The notes under the pieces are model-generated. The model saw only the letters and a program-made list of their open reading frames with translations. It did not search any database and was not told the origin of the DNA. A program made the position numbers and the translations under genes. Positions 17,017 to 21,530 of a stretch of DNA of 21,530 nt are shown here, one piece after another; the first letter of the stretch is position 1, and every line of letters begins with the position of its first letter. Source of the stretch: Candidatus Hydrogenedentota bacterium (lineage in GTDB: Bacteria; Hydrogenedentota; Hydrogenedentia; Hydrogenedentales; SLHB01); the NCBI GenBank assembly GCA_045863335.1, contig BTVY01000074.1, positions 1 to 21,530 of the forward strand, written 5' to 3'.

Positions 17017-17021
17017 GTCCC

Positions 17022-19472
17022 CTATTCTTGCCGGAAGTCGTAGACTTGCGCTCTGATCCAGTAGGGGGAGAACTCTTTCACGAAGGCCTGGTGGACGGGG
17101 TCGGGCAGATAACTTTCGAGGGCGGCTTCGTCGCGGAAGACGAGGGTCACGCCGAAGGCGTAGCTGTCGTCTTCGATGGGCCGGTTCGCGGCGAGGGGAC
17201 GGCCGTAGTGCAACGCTTCGACGCCGTCGATGGCGCGCAAGGTTTCGAGGCCGTCGATCAGCGCGGCGACTTGTTCGTCGGTGAGTTCGTGGCTGAGCCA
17301 GAAGAGGACCGTGTGCACGACGGGCTGGTCCGCGCGCTCGTCTTTCGCGGGCGGGTCGTCGGAAGAGAAGGTATCAATGACGCCGATCTCCGTGCCGTCG
17401 GCTGTGAAGCCGATGGCCTCGGCCTTCCAGGAATCCTCGCCAACCGACACGCGCACGTACTCGTTGACCAAGCCGTTTTTGAAACCGGGGATATCCTGTG
17501 CGCCGCCTACGGTCATATGCGGCCAATCCTTCACCACCGGTTCGCCGTGGTCGAGCCAGCTGGCGCCGCCGGTGATGCAGTAGTAGACGCCGTTACGGTA
17601 GCCCCGCTCGTATTCGTGGGTGTGCCCGCTGAACACCGCGTCGACGCTGTAGCGCTCCAGCAGCGGCACGAGCTGCGCTCGCATGGTGGATTCGCCGTCG
17701 ATCCAGAGTTCGCAGTAGGGCGGCTCGTGGATGAAGAAGAAGGTGAACTTGGCGTCCTGGTGTGCCTTCAAATCCTGCTCGACCCAGTGGAAGATGTCCG
17801 GCCATTGCGTGGCATAGTCGATGCAGACGAAGTGGCAGCCGGAGTAGTCGAAGGAGTAGCTGCCGTAGCTGTTCGTATACCCTGGCACATCGCGCTTGGG
17901 AAAGGAAGCGAACTTGCGCAAGGCCGCGTCGCGGTAGTCGTCATGGTTGCCCCAGGCGACGAAGAAGGGTTTGTGCGCGCCGAGGTGCACGCTCACACGA
18001 TTGAGGAAGTAGTTGCGCGTGTCCTCGTACGCGCCGCCGTCTTCCGCCATGTCGCCGCAGGCCACGCCGAATGCAACGTCCTGTGCCACCATGTGATCGA
18101 ACATGCGGTTGGTGGGCTCGTAGATGTCGGCCTCGTAGGCGCCGCGGTTGTGTCCCTGGCTGTCGCTCCACACGGAAAACGTGAAGGGATCGGCCTCCGC
18201 GGGGGACGTCGTGAACTGCACGGATTGGGTGAGATCGAAATCGCTGAGGCCATCCTGGGTCAGGTCGACGGTCGCCGTGTAGTCGGTTCCGGGTTTCAGG
18301 CCGGTGAGTTCGGTCTTGTAGATGTAGGTGCCGAATCCGGAGGGCTCGCAGGTGGCCGAGTGAGGTTTTCCGTCAATCTGCACCGTGCCGTTGAGGGCGT
18401 CGTTCGCTTCCCACATGATCGTGATGCCGTCCTGGGCGACGCTCATCAGATAGGGGGGCGTCACGAATTCGGCCGAGGGATCGCCTGATACTTCGACCGT
18501 TGCGCAAAGTTGCGGTGAAGTCTCCGCGCCGTACTCGTCGCGGATTTCGATGGAGACGGGATAACGTCCCGCCGCGTGAAAGACGTGGCTCGCGCTGATC
18601 GGTTCGTCCGAGGATTGCAGTTCGGACCAGGGAGTCAGCGCTTTCCAGCTTCCCGCGTACAACCGGTAGCGGATACGGTCGCCTTCGGGATCGGACACGG
18701 GGATGGTGAAGGAAACGGGCTCACCGGTCTTGACTGCAATCTCGGCGACGTTGCCTTCGAAGGCCGAGGCGGTGTTCTTGGGATCGGGCGGGGTCAGGTA
18801 CGCGATGGACATCACTTCTTTTGCGCTAAGCGCGTGGTCGTAGATCGCGATTCGCGACACCGTGACTTCCGCGTCATCGCCCTCATCGTCGGCGAAGAAG
18901 AGTACGCCTTCGGGATCGAGGGAGTACCGCCGGTCGAGGTCCTGGGGCGCGCCGTGGATGGCGTGCTTGCCATTGAGATAGACATCGTAACGTCCGCTCG
19001 GCAAGTCCGCGCAGACGATCAAACGATGCCACTCGCCGGGTGTGAAGGCCCATTGGGACGAGAACCCAACAAAGCCCGCGCCGAGGACGCCCTCGCGGTT
19101 GAGGGTTTCCATATCGTTGTCATCGTCATTGGCGAGGTTGGTCTGAAACAGCGCGTGGCTGTCGGTATCAACCGGGGTTTTGAAATCGACGACGAAGGTA
19201 TACGCGTTGACGCGCTTCTGTCCCGGCTGGACGGCGATCCCGTGTTGCGCTTTGTAGAAGCTTCCATCACCGATGGTGCAGGCACCGTCTGCTTCGTTGA
19301 CGCCGGCGACGGGTTGATGATCGCCCTGCAGCGTCAGGTCGGCGCCGATGGCGGCTTTGAGCGGATTGGCCGTGTCGAATTCCCAGAGCGCGACGGGTTC
19401 GGGGTCCGCGTTCGCGGACGCCGGAATGAATGCGAATGTTGATAGCAGAACGAGGGGGACGATGGTTCGCAT
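17022..19472 (-). CDS. Secreted multidomain metallophosphoesterase (purple acid phosphatase-like) with LamG-like, PKD/Ig-like, FN3 and C-terminal Dabb domains
   Basis: Sec signal peptide. LamG-like GEWHRLIV...VYLNG. PKD-like SHVFHAAGRYPV. FN3-like PYLM...LTGLKPGTDY. Metal ligands SDSQ, GDMA, GNHD, FIHEP and SGHTHEYER. Dabb-like HTVLFWL...LVFRDEAALESYLPDPVHQAF. Confidence 0.85.
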   Translation of the reverse strand: MRTIVPLVLLSTFAFIPASANADPEPVALWEFDTANPLKAAIGADLTLQGDHQPVAGVNEADGACTIGDGSFYKAQHGIAVQPGQKRVNAYTFVVDFKTPVDTDSHALFQTNLANDDDNDMETLNREGVLGAGFVGFSSQWAFTPGEWHRLIVCADLPSGRYDVYLNGKHAIHGAPQDLDRRYSLDPEGVLFFADDEGDDAEVTVSRIAIYDHALSAKEVMSIAYLTPPDPKNTASAFEGNVAEIAVKTGEPVSFTIPVSDPEGDRIRYRLYAGSWKALTPWSELQSSDEPISASHVFHAAGRYPVSIEIRDEYGAETSPQLCATVEVSGDPSAEFVTPPYLMSVAQDGITIMWEANDALNGTVQIDGKPHSATCEPSGFGTYIYKTELTGLKPGTDYTATVDLTQDGLSDFDLTQSVQFTTSPAEADPFTFSVWSDSQGHNRGAYEADIYEPTNRMFDHMVAQDVAFGVACGDMAEDGGAYEDTRNYFLNRVSVHLGAHKPFFVAWGNHDDYRDAALRKFASFPKRDVPGYTNSYGSYSFDYSGCHFVCIDYATQWPDIFHWVEQDLKAHQDAKFTFFFIHEPPYCELWIDGESTMRAQLVPLLERYSVDAVFSGHTHEYERGYRNGVYYCITGGASWLDHGEPVVKDWPHMTVGGAQDIPGFKNGLVNEYVRVSVGEDSWKAEAIGFTADGTEIGVIDTFSSDDPPAKDERADQPVVHTVLFWLSHELTDEQVAALIDGLETLRAIDGVEALHYGRPLAANRPIEDDSYAFGVTLVFRDEAALESYLPDPVHQAFVKEFSPYWIRAQVYDFRQE

Positions 19473-19577
19473 GGAATGGGTACTCCTTGGAAACTTCGCG
19501 AAGTCTTTGTGCAGACCGTGGATGGGGAGAGTTTACCCCCTCGCCGCGCGGGATACCAGTTCACGCCGCGAAAGGAA

Positions 19578-19607
19578 AGATGGACCCCCGCCTTCGCGGG
19601 GGTGGCG
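19578..19607. repeat. Single family-A palindromic repeat
   Basis: AGATGGACCCCCGCCTTCGCGGGGGTGGCG. Confidence 0.8.
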
Positions 19608-19846
19608 GAGAGGGTGTGGTCCCTCACAATCGGCCTGCACCGCGCACAGGCGCGGTTGTTCCGTGCTTCGCTTCGATCGCCTATCGACGCAAAATAGAAA
19701 TGTCCGCTTTGATCGCCTTGTTCACCCGGCGTAAAATAGGGGTCTCCTTACGGGGGGCATGACACGCGGATGCTGATTTCCCCCAATCGGTTTCCGCTCC
19801 AGGGGGAACGTTCGTGCCGCTTACGTAAGATGCACAGGGGGGACGT

Positions 19847-21421
19847 ATGAAGAACATTTCGTTTCGGGGGATCTCCACGTTTTTGGGCCTTGCCCTGCTG
19901 ACGCTCATCGGGTCCAGCTTTTGTTTTGCGGATTTGCAGAACGTCGACGTGGGCGGCGAACTTCGGATGCGGTACCGGTATTACCGCAACGTATTCGAGG
20001 AAGAGTTCAGCCCTACCATTCGGATTCCGGATTTCTTTCTGCCAAAGCGGCCCATCGGCGCGCCGGGGGTGATCTCGCTGTTCGACTGGGACGGCACCGG
20101 CGGGGACTGGCATTTCGCGGAGACGGCGCTGTTGCTGAACGTGAATGCCGACTTTACCGATAACGTGTCCGGGTTCATCGAGTTGTACGACTACCACGAA
20201 TGGGGCGAGGACTTTCGATCGGATTACGTAACGGGTCTGGACTCGCGGGCCGACACGGGCGAGGACCTGGAGGTCAACCAGGCCTACGTGCAGATGGACC
20301 AGGCCTTCGGCGCGCCGTTGCGTCTGCGGATTGGGCGGCAGGCCTTGATCATGGGCAAGGGTTGGTTGGTCAACGATATGCTCACACCGACGCAGCGGCT
20401 GACCTCCGACGCGGTCCGCGCGACGTATGAAGTCGATGCGTTTTCGGTGGACGCCTTCGCGGCGAAGGTTTTCGAGAACGGCATCAACGAACAGGACGGC
20501 GACGTGGATTTCTACGGCGTCTACGCCACGTACAAGGCACTGGAGGCCATCGATATCTCCGCGTACTGGTATTGGCTTCGCGATGCGCGCAGCCGGAATG
20601 ACACGTCGTTTATCGCGCCCATCGAACGGCTCGAGGAATTCGCAGGACTCGACGACTACGACGCGACCAACCTGCACACGGTCGGCATTCGCCTGAACGG
20701 CGGTTGGGACTCCTGGGACTACGACCTGGAAGTCGCGTACCAATTCGGGGAAGCAGACAGTCACGGGTCCCGCTTCGCGCCCATTGGCATGATCTACGGG
20801 GACGACGACGCGGAGTACGACAACTGGGGCGCCGACCTGAATGCGGGATACACGTTCGGTACGAAGTGGAGCCCGCGGGTCTCGATCATCGGCGGGTACT
20901 TCCAGGGACAAGACAACCGCGACCTGAGTTTTGCCGAATGGCTCAATCCTTTCTACCGGCCGGAGGCGAGCGTCTCGTTCAACCGGCTGTACGCGGACAA
21001 AAACTACCTGCCGGTCGTGAACGACAACGGGTGGCTGTCGAACTTCTACATGGTGGGCGGCGCGGTGGACGTAACGCCGACGGACGTGGTGAAAGTGCAC
21101 GTTCAACTCGCGCGGGCGTGGATTGATGAACCCTTCGACCCGCCGGCCTACGCGAACCTGGGACGGTTTCGGGTTCCACTGGCGCCAGCGTTGTCCTTCT
21201 GGACGCGTGAAGGCAGCGACGATATCGGATGGGAAGCCTCGGGCTGGATCAAATACAACTACACGGACGACCTGTCCATTCTCTTGTACTACTGCCATCT
21301 CTTCCCGGACGACGGGTTGACCGACGGCGCGTACATCCAGTTCAACGGGACCGGCTTCAGCGGCGGGTCCGACACGGACGATGCGGACTACGTGTTCCTT
21401 ATGACCGTGCTGAAATTCTGA
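19847..21421 (+). CDS. Outer-membrane beta-barrel protein, alginate export (AlgE-like) family
   Basis: Signal peptide; VGGELRMRY, VNQAYVQ, LRIGRQAL and DAVRATY; alternating aromatic strands; terminal Phe (TVLKF). Confidence 0.8.
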   Translation: MKNISFRGISTFLGLALLTLIGSSFCFADLQNVDVGGELRMRYRYYRNVFEEEFSPTIRIPDFFLPKRPIGAPGVISLFDWDGTGGDWHFAETALLLNVNADFTDNVSGFIELYDYHEWGEDFRSDYVTGLDSRADTGEDLEVNQAYVQMDQAFGAPLRLRIGRQALIMGKGWLVNDMLTPTQRLTSDAVRATYEVDAFSVDAFAAKVFENGINEQDGDVDFYGVYATYKALEAIDISAYWYWLRDARSRNDTSFIAPIERLEEFAGLDDYDATNLHTVGIRLNGGWDSWDYDLEVAYQFGEADSHGSRFAPIGMIYGDDDAEYDNWGADLNAGYTFGTKWSPRVSIIGGYFQGQDNRDLSFAEWLNPFYRPEASVSFNRLYADKNYLPVVNDNGWLSNFYMVGGAVDVTPTDVVKVHVQLARAWIDEPFDPPAYANLGRFRVPLAPALSFWTREGSDDIGWEASGWIKYNYTDDLSILLYYCHLFPDDGLTDGAYIQFNGTGFSGGSDTDDADYVFLMTVLKF

Positions 21422-21434
21422 TCGAAACAACGAG

Positions 21435-21478
21435 GCACCCTCGCACGAGCCGGCTCGCGCGAGGGTGCTATGATTTTT
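21435..21478 (+). terminator. Rho-independent terminator
   Basis: Stem GCACCCTCGC/GCGAGGGTGC with an inner CGAGC/GCTCG extension, followed by TATGATTTTT. Confidence 0.7.
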
Positions 21479-21530
21479 GGCTCCTCACAAGAATCTGTGC
21501 AGAAGACAAGTTGAGGAGCATGTGCTAACG
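21479..21530 (+). mobile_element. Terminal fragment of the same putative ISL3-like IS, reading outward
   Basis: Inverted copy of 1-49. It begins GGCTCC right after the terminator T-tract. GAGGAG followed by GTG (21522) could be a transposase start. Confidence 0.6.

Noticed and set aside
19671-19739. Weak repeat GATCGCCT...AAAATAG twice in the divergent promoter region
   Set aside because: Short and unevenly spaced; it could be chance.
15193-21430. Long antisense ORFs 15193-16530, 16848-18488 and 19748-21430 (also 3189-4463, 8363-9406, 11570-12592)
   Set aside because: They mirror well-supported genes on the opposite strand and have no recognisable motifs. Such shadow ORFs are expected in high-GC coding DNA.
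1-21530. Linear plasmid/phage with terminal inverted repeats, or one large transposon
   Set aside because: Content is chromosomal (ruvAB, sulfatase, DUF58) with no replication, virion or transposase genes. The repeat's GG-start faces outward, as expected for IS copies truncated at contig ends.

Overview
A GC-rich bacterial chromosomal segment, probably a whole contig. The protein styles (alginate-export-type barrel, transmembrane ECF sigma factor with carboxypeptidase-regulatory-like repeats) suggest Candidatus Hydrogenedentes or a Planctomycete-like lineage; this is inference only. Both ends carry the same 49-bp sequence in inverted orientation, which looks like the terminus of an ISL3-like insertion sequence. 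Genes in order: SAM-dependent methyltransferase, DUF4129-like and DUF58 proteins, a ~1,080-aa membrane-anchored ECF sigma factor, an apparently frameshifted DUF433 gene, ruvA-ruvB, a PilZ protein, a Tat-exported sulfatase, three tandem paralogous membrane proteins I cannot assign to a family, a two-HKD phospholipase D/nuclease, a LamG-PKD-metallophosphoesterase-Dabb fusion and an outer-membrane beta-barrel. The most striking feature is non-coding: nearly every intergenic gap holds a different palindromic element. These comprise four REP/REPIN-like families plus 6-, 7- and 9-mer tandem arrays, of which the 6- and 9-mer arrays are inverted pairs. No cognate transposase is present in the window. 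The PilZ leader resembles a variant c-di-GMP-I riboswitch.
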